Shown here: one piece after another, positions 50,531-61,742 of the stretch
Layout of the letters: the number at the start of each line of letters is the position of its first letter
How positions within the stretch are numbered: the first letter of the stretch is position 1
NCBI GenBank assembly: GCA_019429005.1
Contig: JAHYJR010000004.1
Span: 77,700-141,260, forward strand
Source of the DNA: Nanobdellati archaeon
GTDB taxonomy: Archaea > EX4484-52 > GLR71
Length of the DNA stretch: 63,561 nucleotides
Direction of reading: 5' to 3'
Translations under genes and position numbers: made by a program
Notes under the pieces: model-generated
Database searches by the model: none
The model's input: only the letters and a program-made list of their open reading frames with translations
What the model was told of the DNA's origin: nothing

Positions 50531-53500
50531 TCATGCTAATCCCTTATATACAAAAAGAGCACCTATAAGTCCTATTAATAATATTCCTATATTACTTAAA
50601 CCTGGAGTTGCCTTAATAATACCAACATTATAAATCGGCGATATGACACGCACTATTGTAGTGTCATATGCATACCCTCCAGTTATTGATGAAGTCCCTT
50701 CAACTTTTACAGTATAAGTTCCAACTTCACCACCAATTACATCTATAATATGCATTTTCTCGGAATAAGAACGCACTTGCAATCGTGTATTTAGCCTATC
50801 TATACCACTTTTCTTATCTTTAAACCATGCCCAATACTTCATTTTAGGATCACTATTTTGAATCGTTAATGCAATATCGTCCGTAATTGAAAGATTGCTC
50901 CTGACAACAATGAACAATGATTCTGTTGAACCTAACTCAATCTCATACAATGAACTATTGAACTCAATTATAGGATCTGTTCTAAATAGACATATCTCAT
51001 GAAGACATTCAAGAGGTGAAACACAATCCGCATCACTTTCACACGCACAATTATCAGGCATACTTTCAACCCAATCAGTACTGTTCCAATAATTTTTAAT
51101 ATTATCGACAATAATTTCATCACAGACTATAGGTTCAAATATTGTTGTTGCAACAAAACTAAATGAATTGTCACAATTAGGTCCGGTGTAATTACCTTCA
51201 GCTGTACCGACACAATGCCATTTGCCATCAGTTGCTACCCAAGCATCATTTGAATCACAGCAACCTTTCGTATCATCCCAATAACCAGATGACAAACAAC
51301 AGCAAGCCTCATTTGAGATATCTGAATTTGTTATCCATTCTGAATTAGCATTATCTATAGCACTACAGTATCCTTGGAAAACACCAGTATTATCACAACT
51401 AGATTCACCATCATCTTTCATATTATTAATATTACCTTCAGCAGCAAAACAGAAATTTTCTGACACACAATCTGTCTCAAGATCACAGCAAGCATCACTC
51501 ATACCCCAATCAGTCTGTTTTGTATCTTTAGTCTCATTAGAAATATAGACTTCCCATCTCCAACCTATACCAAGATTGAAACGATCTATATTATTATCAA
51601 AATCATATTGGTTCCATGTTTTCTCATCTTGACAACATACATCATTATAAGGAAGACTATCCATCTGATCTCGACCTTCACTTGACCCGGTATTATCCCA
51701 CCAATATTTGCCTTGTATATTAGCATAAGGATTAGCTGACGAAGATATATTCTGTTTTACAGTCATACCCAATTCATCTGACCAGAAAGACCAAGGTTCA
51801 GTACCTATTGCACTTGTAGTATTACCGACACGGCAAATATTGAAATCAAGAGCTTTACGTTTGTTAGCTTCATCAACATCATACCAAACGTTACCATAAC
51901 AGTACTCATCAAATGAGTCATTATTAATATCACCTGTGAAATTCTCATCATAACAAGTGTTATTAAATACGCAATCTGTAGGTGCATCACAGCATGCATC
52001 TGGTCCCGTCTGATTAATTGCAGAATCCATAAATATACTGTTACAAATGTCTAATTCAACTCTTCTGAATCCCATAGGTAAAGTTGCATTATAATCAGAT
52101 GTACAATTTATATACCATTCCATATCAGGTCCATCATCTTCACAACAAAGACTTGGTATAAACATACTTGTATTTCTACCATCTGGACTGTCAGGGAACA
52201 TAGTTTCACTTACACCCTCAGTTGAACCAGTACCATCCCAATAACCATTACATAATTCTTCAGACTCATCCTGATCATGCCATACTCCACCACGCTGAGG
52301 TGTCCAAGTGAGCGTATTATAATCAAAGAGAGTCTCAAACTTTTCTTCACCAGATATATCTGAACCATTACAATACTCATCATCAGCATGACCTGCATCA
52401 AAGATAGACCAATCACCATTCCAAGTTGTCCAATTAATATAATTACGACCTGAATCTGCATAAGTTCCATTAGGAACACATTGACCGCTCGGCAATACAC
52501 AATCTGTTGGATTATCACAACAAGATTCCATCTGATAGAATCCCGTACCATTTCTGAAATGACCACGATTGAAAAATTCTACTGGGTCTCCAGCCGCATT
52601 GAAATCATCTTCACAACAAAGTCCAGTTGTTATGTTGAAGTCCCAATCATCTGTCGCCTCTTGACAACCATAAGCCCATTCAGTACAGTTTGAACCATTA
52701 AGCCAGATTGCAACGGAATAAAATGGCACAGCCAAACCAAATGGATTTGAAAGGTTTAATGGATGGTTTATATTTACACCACAGGCTAAATCACTTTCAT
52801 CTTGGTCATGCCACACACCACCACGTTTTGGTGTCCAATTGAAGTCCATGTCAGGATAACCATCATCATCAGTATCTAGAACAGTACCAGTATCCCAAGG
52901 TGCACAATATTCAAGGTCAAATGCACCTACATCAGAATCGTGATTATTTCTTGTACCAACATCATAATAACCATATTCAGGAACACAAGCATTATCTGGA
53001 GCAACACAATCTGAACTACTATTACAACAAGATTCTACAATATTGAAAAGACCAGTTCCATTTGCAAGCACATATTGAGTACCATTCCAAAGCGTTGCAT
53101 GATGCTCACGATTGAAAAACTCATTCTCTTCATCTTCACAGCAAAGACCTGTATATATATCATCATCAAAATCATCTGTTCCATTTATACACATCTGTGG
53201 ATAATCAGTACAATTCTGGGGTGTAAGCCATATTGCCACATCATAATATTCAGCGATAACTGCAACAGGATGTGCTTCAAGAGGATGTGTTGTATTTATA
53301 CCACAATAATTATCAGATTCATCTTGATCATGCCAGGTTCCACCACGCTGAGGTGTCCAGTTCCAGAAATCTGTAAGATATCCATCACCATCAAGATCTA
53401 TCGTGTCACCAGGATCTGTACCATTGCAGTATTCCCTATCTGTCGTACCATTATCATTGAAAACGTGATTAGGTGCACCACTATCATAATAAAGACCACT

Positions 53501-56500
53501 TATATTACTATCTTCAACACAATAACCGCTCGAAGTTACACAATCAGTCATCTGATCACAACATGATTCAGACGGATTATAACCCGTACCATTATTGAAA
53601 TGCGCATAATTGTAAAATTCTGCCTGCTCAGTCAGACCAAGTCCAACCGTACGATAATCATCTTCACAACACATGACCCCTGTTATTGACTTGTTTGTGC
53701 CGTTTAATTCAAGTGTAAAATCATTTATACCTTCAACACAACGACCCGGATTAGCAATACAATCACCTATCCAGAATGAAAGATTATAGTCTGGATAATA
53801 ATCAATAACACCATCTTCATTCATATCATATTCATATTTTGGATGTATTATAGGACTTCCACAATAAGCATCACCTTCATCCTGATCTCGCCATACACCA
53901 CCACGTTGAGGACTCCAATTGAAAGCCAATTCTTCAATACCATCACCATCAGCATCTATAAGCGTATCAGATTCCCAACCTGCACAAATCTCAAGATCTG
54001 TTGAACCATTATCATAAGCCCAGTTAGATTGAGAACCAACATCATAATATGTGAAATTAGCCATACATCGCATATCATTTGTAACACAATCTGAAGTCAA
54101 ATTACAACATGCTTCACTACTATTTGTAAATCCAGTACCATTTGGTGAATGATGCTCTATATTATAGAACTCATTACTCTCATCTTCACAACATAGACCT
54201 GTATATATATCATCATCAAAATCATCTGTTCCATTTATACACATCTGTGGATAATCAGTACAATTCTCGGGTGTAAGCCAGATTGCTACATCATAAAATG
54301 GCCGAAGTGCGACAACAGGATGATTCTCAAGAGGATGTGTCGTATTTATACCGCAATATAAATCAGATTCATCCTGATCATGCCATACACCACCACGCTG
54401 ATAAGTCTCATTCCATATAGAATCCACACCAGAATAACGGTCTTCAATTTCACTATCATCTTTAAGAACAGATTGTGCAAAGTTACCATCACAGAATTCC
54501 ATATCATCTGTACCATTATCATCATAACTATATGACCCATCAGGCAATAGTCCAGAATCACCATAATCAGATGAATTTATACATAAATATTGACTACTAC
54601 CATTAAAGGTTAAAATACAGGATGTCCTGTTGAAACAACAGGATTCTGCAACCCAAATAGGATCTGATGAACCTGTACCATTCTCATGATGTTCACGATT
54701 ATACCATTCTTTCTTTTCACCTGTAGCAATATCAACATCATCTTCACAACAAGCCCCGATTGAATTTGGAGAATCTGTAAATACCTGATCACATAAACCA
54801 CCTATTGAACAATCTAACCAAAACATATAATTGTAATCTATTGAACTTGACAGTTTCCTTATATCAATATCACCTTCAACAAGCCATGATGAAGCAGGAT
54901 GTTCTGGATTTTTATTTTCTTTTGTTGTACATGCATTTTCATCACAATCCTTATCTTTCCAAGTTCCACCACGCTGAGGATATCTACCTTTAGCATTATC
55001 ACCATCACAGAATTCAAGATCTTCACCACCTGCATCTACAAGTATGCCATTTATATAATAAGAACCATCAAATTCGAGTGCAAGACCAGTGATATTTCCA
55101 AGATCTATCTCAGTTCCATTTGGAACACAGGTCCCGTTTGGAAGTACGCAATCGGTTGGATCATTACAACAGGAAATAACACCAAAATCCCATCCAGTAC
55201 CACCACAATCATCATGAAGCTCACGATTCAAGAATTCTATACTTTCACCGGCTGCATTCTTATCATCTTCACAACAAAGACCAGTTGAGATGTTAAAATC
55301 AAAGTCATCAATAGCTTCATTACATTGACCTGAACTATCTGTAAGATATGGCGATAACCAACCCATGTCAGTACAGTTTGAACCTGCTATCCAAATAGAT
55401 TTATTATTAAACTCGTCATCAGGATGTTCTATAGATGCACTACAATATACAGCTGCTTCATCCTGGTCATGCCAGACACCACCACGCTGGACATTCCAAT
55501 CGAAATCCATATCAGGCCAACCATCGCCATCAATATCAAAAGTTGTTCCATTTTCCCATGGTGCGCAGAATTCCTCATCAAATAAACCAGCATCATGCTC
55601 ATGATTATTCCTGATACCAACATCATAGAAAGTATAGGCTGCAACACAACTACCATCTGGAGCCACACAATCATCACTCCTGTTACAGCAAGATTCCATG
55701 TTAAAACTAAGACCCGTACCATTCACAAGTTCGTATAGTCCGAGAGTTGCATTCCAGATAGTTGCATGATGCTCATAATTAAAGAACTCATTTTCTTCAT
55801 CTTCACAACATAGACCTGTATATATATCATCATCAAAATCATCTGTTCCATTTATACACATCTGTGGATAATCAGTACAATTCTCGGGTGTAAGCCAGAT
55901 TGCTACATCATAAAATGGCCGAAGTGCGACAACAGGATGATTCTCAAGAGGGTGTGTAGTATTTATACCACAATAATTATCACTTTCATCCTGATCATGC
56001 CAAGTTCCACCACGTTGAGGTGTCCAATTCCAAAATGTATCTAGATAACCATCATTATCAAGGTCAATCTCATCACCAGGATCTGTACCATTGCAGTATT
56101 CCTTATCAGTTGTACCATTATCATTAAAGATGTGGTCGGGTGCACCTGAATCATAATAAACCCCTGTAATAGTACTAGATTCAACACAATTACCGCTTGA
56201 AGTCACACAATCTGACATCTGATCACAACAGGATTCATTTGGATTATTACCAGTACCATTCCTATAATGACCATAATTGAAAAACTCTTTTCCAATCTCA
56301 TCTTCACAACACATCTCTCCCGTACTAGTCTTATTTGTACCATTCATCTCATTTGTAAAATCATTTATACCTTCAACACAACGGCCAGGTACTAAGTTAC
56401 AGTTATCTATCCAGAAAGAACGATTGTATTCTGGATAATAATCAATATCACCATCTAAATTCATATCCCATTCCCATTTAGGATGTATTACAGGACTACC

Positions 56501-59500
56501 GCAAGCATCATCACTTTCATCTTGTTCAAGCCAAACACCACCACGTTGAGGATTCCATCTTGCAGGAGTACTATCATTACAGAATTCCAAATCATCAGTA
56601 CCATTATCATTCACATACCCTGATAGAGCACCAACATCCATATAGGTATTTGCTTTAACACAATAATTATCTTGAGTTACACAATCTGAAGCTTCAGTAC
56701 AACACGATTCACTCAACATATCAATACCAGTACCATTACCATCAATGACCATATTATGATGTTCGCGATTAAAAAATTCATTAGTTTCATCTTCACAACA
56801 AAGACCAGTTGATGTCAGATTATCAAAATCATCGGTTGCATTCCAACATTTCTGTGGAATATTTGTACAATTTTCACCATTAATCCATATATTTGTAGTA
56901 TAAATTGGTTCATAGGGATCTGATAGGGGATATAATAAAGGTTCAATACAATAAGATTCACTTTCATCTTGGTCATGCCAGACACCACCACGCTGAAGTG
57001 TAGAATCCCATGCAAGTCCATTCTGATCCTCAATAGGATCATCATCTTGTACCCAAGCTTGGGCTTCAGTACCATTACAGAATTCAAGATCTGTAGTTCC
57101 ATTATCATCAATACTGTAGATAAAACCAGGTAATAATCCAGAATCTGCAAATAATGATGAATTTATACAAGTAAATTCTGAAACACCATCAAATGGAAGA
57201 ACGCAAGATGTTCTATTTAGACAACAGGATTCTGCAGGCCACGTATTATTAGTTGAACCTGTACCAGCCTCATGATGTTCCCTTATGAACCAATCTAGCT
57301 TTTCACCTGTAACTACATGAATATCATCTTCACAACAACCACCAGTCAAATCACCTGTATCTTGAATCATTTGATCACAAATACCTGTAAGTGTACAATC
57401 AAGCCATATATGTTGACTATAATTGATAGGAATTGTTGCTGATAATTTTCTAGTATCAGCATCTGTTGTTGGAAGCATTGATGAAGCAGGATGTATTGGA
57501 TCTGTATTTGGAACACTTAAACAAATACCCGGATCTGAATCTTGATCTTTCCAAACACCGCCACGCTGAGGAACCCTACCGAAGTCATCATCACCGTCAC
57601 AGTATTCAAGGTCTTTACCACCTTCATCTACAAGAACACCATACACATAATAAGAACCGCCAATTTCAGTTGCAAGACCTGTAATGTTACCAATATCCAT
57701 ATAAGTACCATTAGCCACACAAGTACCATTTGGAAGCACACAGTCTGTTGGTTTAGTACAACAAGATATAATATTAAAATTATAACCAGTACCTACCGTA
57801 TCATGAAGCTCACGATTTAAAAATTCAACTTTATCGCCAGTTGCATTAAAATCATCTTCACAACACATACCGGTTGAGACATCATCATCAAAATCATCTA
57901 TACCTAAATCACATTGTCCTGAAATACCTAAAAGTGCTGGAGAAAGCCACCCCATACTAGTACAATTTGAACCATTTAACCATATTGCCCGATTATTAAA
58001 TTCAGCATCAGGATGGTTTATTGGAGTTCCACAATAAAGTTCGTCTGAATCCTGCTCATGCCAGACACCGCCACGCTGATATACAGGCGCACCATCTACA
58101 AGTGTCATATTCCAATTGATTGAGTCACCAAATCCTGCAGCTTGATCACCTGCACAATATTCATAATCTGAATAACCACCATCATTTATATAAGGACCCG
58201 GAACCCCTGTAATCGTATAATTACCAACATCCATATATGTTCCGGGTGCGATACAAGTATAATCTCCAAGAACACAATACGATTGATTAGGACAACAAGA
58301 TTCTCTATAATAATTAGGACCAGTTCCTCGTGAAAGTTCAAATACTTCTAAAAATTCATTCCATACAGCTGCATGATGTTCTCTGTTATAGGCTTCCATC
58401 TTGAAAGTCAAATTAGATTCATCTTCACAACAGACACCTGTTGTCTTATCATAATCAAAATCATCTATTGCGTTTAAACATTTACCAGGAATAGTTGTAC
58501 AATTTACATCAGGTATCCATATAGCAAATTCATAGAATGCACCACCACCTTCCGCAACACTATCAAACATTGCAGGATGAGTTATTGGAAGCATACAATA
58601 ATTATCACTTTCATCCTGATCATGCCAAGTACCACCACGTTGAGGCGTCCAATTCCAATAAGTATCTAAATACCCATCCTTATTAAGATCAATTTCATCA
58701 CCTACATCACTACCATTACAATATTCCTTATCAAATCCACCAAGATCGTTGAATAAAGTGGAACCACCAGAATTCATGAAACTTCCATTAGGTACACAGG
58801 AACTGTTTGAAAGAACACAATCGTTCATCTCATAACAACAAGATTCTTCTGGATTGTACCCAGTACCATTTCTATAGTGACCATAATTGAAAAACTCATG
58901 TTCTTTTTCATCTTCACAACAGACTGAACCAGTACTTATCTTATTTGTACCATTCATCTCATTTGTGAAATCATTCACAGCGTCAAAACATCTACCCGGC
59001 CTTGCAATACAGTTGTCTATCCAGAATGCTTTGTTATATTCAGGATAATAAGTAAGACTATATGTAGCATTATCCCATATCCACATAGGATGGTCTATAG
59101 GACTACCACAAGCATCACCACTTTCATCTTGTTCAAGCCAAACACCACCACGTTGAGGATTCCATCTTGACTGAGTACCATTAAAACATAATTCTACATC
59201 TGTGGTGCCATTATCATCTACCCAACCACCTAAAGCACCAACATCTTTATACGTTCCAGCTTTAACACAATAATTATCTTGAGTAACACAATCTGAAGCT
59301 TCAAGACAACAAGATTCACTTGCCATATCAATTCCAGTACCATTACCATCTACAACAAGATTATGATGTTCTCTGTTATAAAACTCGATACCATATTCAT
59401 CTTCACAACAGACACCTGTTTCCTTATCAAAATCATAATCATCTGTTGCATTCCAACATTTCTGTGGAATATCGGTACAAGTTGAACCGTTTATCCAGAT

Positions 59501-61657
59501 AGTTGTGGTATATATAGGTTCGTACGGATTAACTAAAGGATAAGCAATAGGTTCACTACAATAATAATCATTTTCATCTTGGTCATGCCAAGTACCACCA
59601 CGTTGATTTGCTGCCCATTCTGCTTCAGTTACATCAAGTTCATTATTAGCACCACCGAAATCAAAAATCATATAACCCCCAGAGTCATCACCATCACAAA
59701 ATTCCCTATCAGTTCTACCATCGTCATTAATATAAGCTGCAGGTATACCTGTGTCAGCATAAGTCGCATTAGGTATACATTCAAAAGCGTATGAAGATAC
59801 ACAATCAGTCTGATAGACACAACAAGCTTCAGTAGGTGGTGTGTTATATAACCCAGTCCCAGCACCATATTCAGGATGATGTTCAACATTCATGAATTCT
59901 AAACCAATATCATCTTCACAGCATAGACCTATAGGTAATCCAAGTGTATCATCCAAACTCGGATTCCAGACAGGATTACCATCTGTATCATCCACACCTT
60001 GCGCACATGCCGCAACTGGATTTGCTGCACAATCTACCCAGGGTGAGTTAAGATCATAACCAGGATGTAAAGTACCTTGACCACAATATTCAGGTCGTTC
60101 ATCTTGATCATGCCACCGACCCTCAAAACACATTTCGGTATCATTTGTTGGCGGTGAAAGAAGACGATCTGCATCTGTTACATAATTTGAATTATCAATA
60201 AAAACATTAGTTGAAGTATAACATTTATCATATAATTTTACAGTATTCCAATCAGCATCTAATTCTGGACAAACACCACGACCATCCTCATTCCAACAAG
60301 GTGCTACACAGTCATAAACATCACTACAACAAGCATCAGGCACAGGATTATAAGAATCATCACAAGCATCACGATAACATTCCATTGTTTTATATAAAGA
60401 AGGTCCACCTAATAGCTTATTTGTGGTTTCGTATTCATAATCATCACCACAGCATAGAGGTGAGAAGGCTGAGGCATACCTATTACCATAAGCATTATAA
60501 TAATAAAGACCACGACCGCCTTGAGACACATCGTGCGTCTGCAATACATTACCTCCTAATATATCTACTTGATCCAAATCAATGTAACCATCTGAATCCC
60601 AAACCCAATCGTACCCTTTTTCTATTGCAGCTTGAGTACATAAATTATCTATTGTACGTACAGGTTTAGCTGGTGGTATTGTTAGACATTCTTCTGAACC
60701 TGAAGAACGAAGAATACATTTACCACTCTCACAAGTTCCAAAAGGATTATTCATAACAACAGTACAATCAACAGCAGTTGGAGGTGCACAAGAACCAGAC
60801 TGGATAAGAGGACAAGTATATTCATATAGGGTAATGCCATCAGCATCACAATAATCCAGTAAAGGTTCTTCGTCAGCACCACCTTGACAGTATTTTGCAT
60901 TTTCATAAGGATTAGAAGGTTCATTTGTACAAGCGGGAAGACAAACACCACTATAACATACACCTTCTAAACTATCATCCCAACAAGGCGTACCAGGCGG
61001 AAGTTCTTGATCAGAATCACAACCATTATCATTACAAACATGACATGGACACGATTCGACCTTAATAAACTGATCAGACTCCGCTGAACAGTTCCAACCT
61101 GTATCCGTACATATTTTGGGTTTTTGACTACGACATAATGTTGTAGGATTAACATTATAACGAAAATGGTCATTTTGACAATCTATAGTTGACATATCTA
61201 AAATTAAAGTATCATCATAAAAATTATAATAACTATATAAGATGTCATGATTTTTATAATTACATCGCCATGCATTAAAAAAATTGAATATACCTATACA
61301 AGGATCATCATCTAAACTATAATGACAAATTTCAAATCTGATATAACTCGGGACACCACTAATAGGATCATATATATGTACTGATACAAAGAAAAGATTT
61401 ATTTGATCAACATCTTGAATAAAACTACAAGAATCTTTACAACCAGCAGAGTACAATATAGAACAAACTGAAATCCCATCATCACAAGTTTTAGGTATAA
61501 TGACTATATCAGCACCAATATATTCAACATCATCTTCAAAAGTGTCAATTATATAAGTAAAACCAAAAACATTAAAAGAAAAAGCACTTAACGACAATAA
61601 TATAATTAATAATAAAATAAACGCTTTATTTATATTTATTTTATTACCAAACATCAA
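50531..61657 (-). CDS. giant Cys/Asp-rich repetitive surface glycoprotein (3708 aa)
   Basis: signal peptide; 15 (Q/K)RGG.W..QD repeats with CCED, SCC....DCV and DxDxDG; many NxS/T sequons; C-terminal TPGL + TM. Confidence 0.85.
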   Translation of the reverse strand: MMFGNKININKAFILLLIILLSLSAFSFNVFGFTYIIDTFEDDVEYIGADIVIIPKTCDDGISVCSILYSAGCKDSCSFIQDVDQINLFFVSVHIYDPISGVPSYIRFEICHYSLDDDPCIGIFNFFNAWRCNYKNHDILYSYYNFYDDTLILDMSTIDCQNDHFRYNVNPTTLCRSQKPKICTDTGWNCSAESDQFIKVESCPCHVCNDNGCDSDQELPPGTPCWDDSLEGVCYSGVCLPACTNEPSNPYENAKYCQGGADEEPLLDYCDADGITLYEYTCPLIQSGSCAPPTAVDCTVVMNNPFGTCESGKCILRSSGSEECLTIPPAKPVRTIDNLCTQAAIEKGYDWVWDSDGYIDLDQVDILGGNVLQTHDVSQGGRGLYYYNAYGNRYASAFSPLCCGDDYEYETTNKLLGGPSLYKTMECYRDACDDSYNPVPDACCSDVYDCVAPCWNEDGRGVCPELDADWNTVKLYDKCYTSTNVFIDNSNYVTDADRLLSPPTNDTEMCFEGRWHDQDERPEYCGQGTLHPGYDLNSPWVDCAANPVAACAQGVDDTDGNPVWNPSLDDTLGLPIGLCCEDDIGLEFMNVEHHPEYGAGTGLYNTPPTEACCVYQTDCVSSYAFECIPNATYADTGIPAAYINDDGRTDREFCDGDDSGGYMIFDFGGANNELDVTEAEWAANQRGGTWHDQDENDYYCSEPIAYPLVNPYEPIYTTTIWINGSTCTDIPQKCWNATDDYDFDKETGVCCEDEYGIEFYNREHHNLVVDGNGTGIDMASESCCLEASDCVTQDNYCVKAGTYKDVGALGGWVDDNGTTDVELCFNGTQSRWNPQRGGVWLEQDESGDACGSPIDHPMWIWDNATYSLTYYPEYNKAFWIDNCIARPGRCFDAVNDFTNEMNGTNKISTGSVCCEDEKEHEFFNYGHYRNGTGYNPEESCCYEMNDCVLSNSSCVPNGSFMNSGGSTLFNDLGGFDKEYCNGSDVGDEIDLNKDGYLDTYWNWTPQRGGTWHDQDESDNYCMLPITHPAMFDSVAEGGGAFYEFAIWIPDVNCTTIPGKCLNAIDDFDYDKTTGVCCEDESNLTFKMEAYNREHHAAVWNEFLEVFELSRGTGPNYYRESCCPNQSYCVLGDYTCIAPGTYMDVGNYTITGVPGPYINDGGYSDYEYCAGDQAAGFGDSINWNMTLVDGAPVYQRGGVWHEQDSDELYCGTPINHPDAEFNNRAIWLNGSNCTSMGWLSPALLGISGQCDLGIDDFDDDVSTGMCCEDDFNATGDKVEFLNRELHDTVGTGYNFNIISCCTKPTDCVLPNGTCVANGTYMDIGNITGLATEIGGSYYVYGVLVDEGGKDLEYCDGDDDFGRVPQRGGVWKDQDSDPGICLSVPNTDPIHPASSMLPTTDADTRKLSATIPINYSQHIWLDCTLTGICDQMIQDTGDLTGGCCEDDIHVVTGEKLDWFIREHHEAGTGSTNNTWPAESCCLNRTSCVLPFDGVSEFTCINSSLFADSGLLPGFIYSIDDNGTTDLEFCNGTEAQAWVQDDDPIEDQNGLAWDSTLQRGGVWHDQDESESYCIEPLLYPLSDPYEPIYTTNIWINGENCTNIPQKCWNATDDFDNLTSTGLCCEDETNEFFNREHHNMVIDGNGTGIDMLSESCCTEASDCVTQDNYCVKANTYMDVGALSGYVNDNGTDDLEFCNDSTPARWNPQRGGVWLEQDESDDACGSPVIHPKWEWDMNLDGDIDYYPEYNRSFWIDNCNLVPGRCVEGINDFTNEMNGTNKTSTGEMCCEDEIGKEFFNYGHYRNGTGNNPNESCCDQMSDCVTSSGNCVESSTITGVYYDSGAPDHIFNDNGTTDKEYCNGTDPGDEIDLDNDGYLDTFWNWTPQRGGTWHDQDESDNYCGINTTHPLENHPVVALRPFYDVAIWLTPENCTDYPQMCINGTDDFDDDIYTGLCCEDEENEFFNYEHHATIWNATLGLYELVNGTGLSFNMESCCNRSDDCVAPDGSCVAAYTFYDVGIRNNHEHDAGLFDEEFCAPWENGTTFDIDGDGWPDMDFDWNVQRGGVWHDQDEAAVYCSASIEHPDDEFNNKSIWIAGSNCTDMGWLSPYLTDSSGQCNEAIDDFDFNISTGLCCEDDKNAAGESIEFLNRELHDDCGGTGWDFGVISCCNDPTDCVLPNGTCVPNGTEIDLGNITGLALEFDGSYYINGILVDAGGEDLEFCDGDNAKGRYPQRGGTWKDKDCDENACTTKENKNPEHPASSWLVEGDIDIRKLSSSIDYNYMFWLDCSIGGLCDQVFTDSPNSIGACCEDDVDIATGEKKEWYNREHHENGTGSSDPIWVAESCCFNRTSCILTFNGSSQYLCINSSDYGDSGLLPDGSYSYDDNGTDDMEFCDGNFAQSVLKDDSEIEDRYSGVDSIWNETYQRGGVWHDQDESDLYCGINTTHPLENHPVVALRPFYDVAIWLTPENCTDYPQMCINGTDDFDDDIYTGLCCEDESNEFYNIEHHSPNGTGFTNSSEACCNLTSDCVTNDMRCMANFTYYDVGSQSNWAYDNGSTDLEICAGWESDTLIDADGDGIEELAFNWSPQRGGVWRDQDEGDAYCGSPIIHPKYEYDMNEDGVIDYYPDYNLSFWIGDCIANPGRCVEGINDFTLELNGTNKSITGVMCCEDDYRTVGLGLTEQAEFYNYAHFNNGTGYNPSESCCDQMTDCVTSSGYCVEDSNISGLYYDSGAPNHVFNDNGTTDREYCNGTDPGDTIDLDGDGYLTDFWNWTPQRGGTWHDQDESDNYCGINTTHPLEAHPVAVIAEYYDVAIWLTPQNCTDYPQMCINGTDDFDDDIYTGLCCEDEENEFFNREHHATLWNGTQYVLANGTGLFNIVESCCNSSSDCVAPDNACVPEYGYYDVGTRNNHDSDVGAFDLEYCAPWDTGTVLDTDDDGYPDMDFNWTPKRGGVWHDQDESDLACGVNINHPLNLSNPFGLAVPFYSVAIWLNGSNCTEWAYGCQEATDDWDFNITTGLCCEDDFNAAGDPVEFFNRGHFRNGTGFYQMESCCDNPTDCVLPSGQCVPNGTYADSGRNYINWTTWNGDWSIFDAGHADDEYCNGSDISGEEKFETLFDYNTLTWTPQRGGVWHDQDESEELCNGYWDGTGSTEGVSETMFPDSPDGRNTSMFIPSLCCEDDGPDMEWYINCTSDYNATLPMGFRRVELDICNSIFMDSAINQTGPDACCDAPTDCVFNNTCYDENFTGDINNDSFDEYCYGNVWYDVDEANKRKALDFNICRVGNTTSAIGTEPWSFWSDELGMTVKQNISSSANPYANIQGKYWWDNTGSSEGRDQMDSLPYNDVCCQDEKTWNQYDFDNNIDRFNLGIGWRWEVYISNETKDTKQTDWGMSDACCDLETDCVSENFCFAAEGNINNMKDDGESSCDNTGVFQGYCSAIDNANSEWITNSDISNEACCCLSSGYWDDTKGCCDSNDAWVATDGKWHCVGTAEGNYTGPNCDNSFSFVATTIFEPIVCDEIIVDNIKNYWNSTDWVESMPDNCACESDADCVSPLECLHEICLFRTDPIIEFNSSLYEIELGSTESLFIVVRSNLSITDDIALTIQNSDPKMKYWAWFKDKKSGIDRLNTRLQVRSYSEKMHIIDVIGGEVGTYTVKVEGTSSITGGYAYDTTIVRVISPIYNVGIIKATPGLSNIGILLIGLIGALFVYKGLA

Positions 61658-61742
61658 ATTACACCTAATTTTATTAATTACACATTTATATACATTAACT
61701 CTTCATTTTATACAATATTTTATATCTTTATTTCATTTGTTT

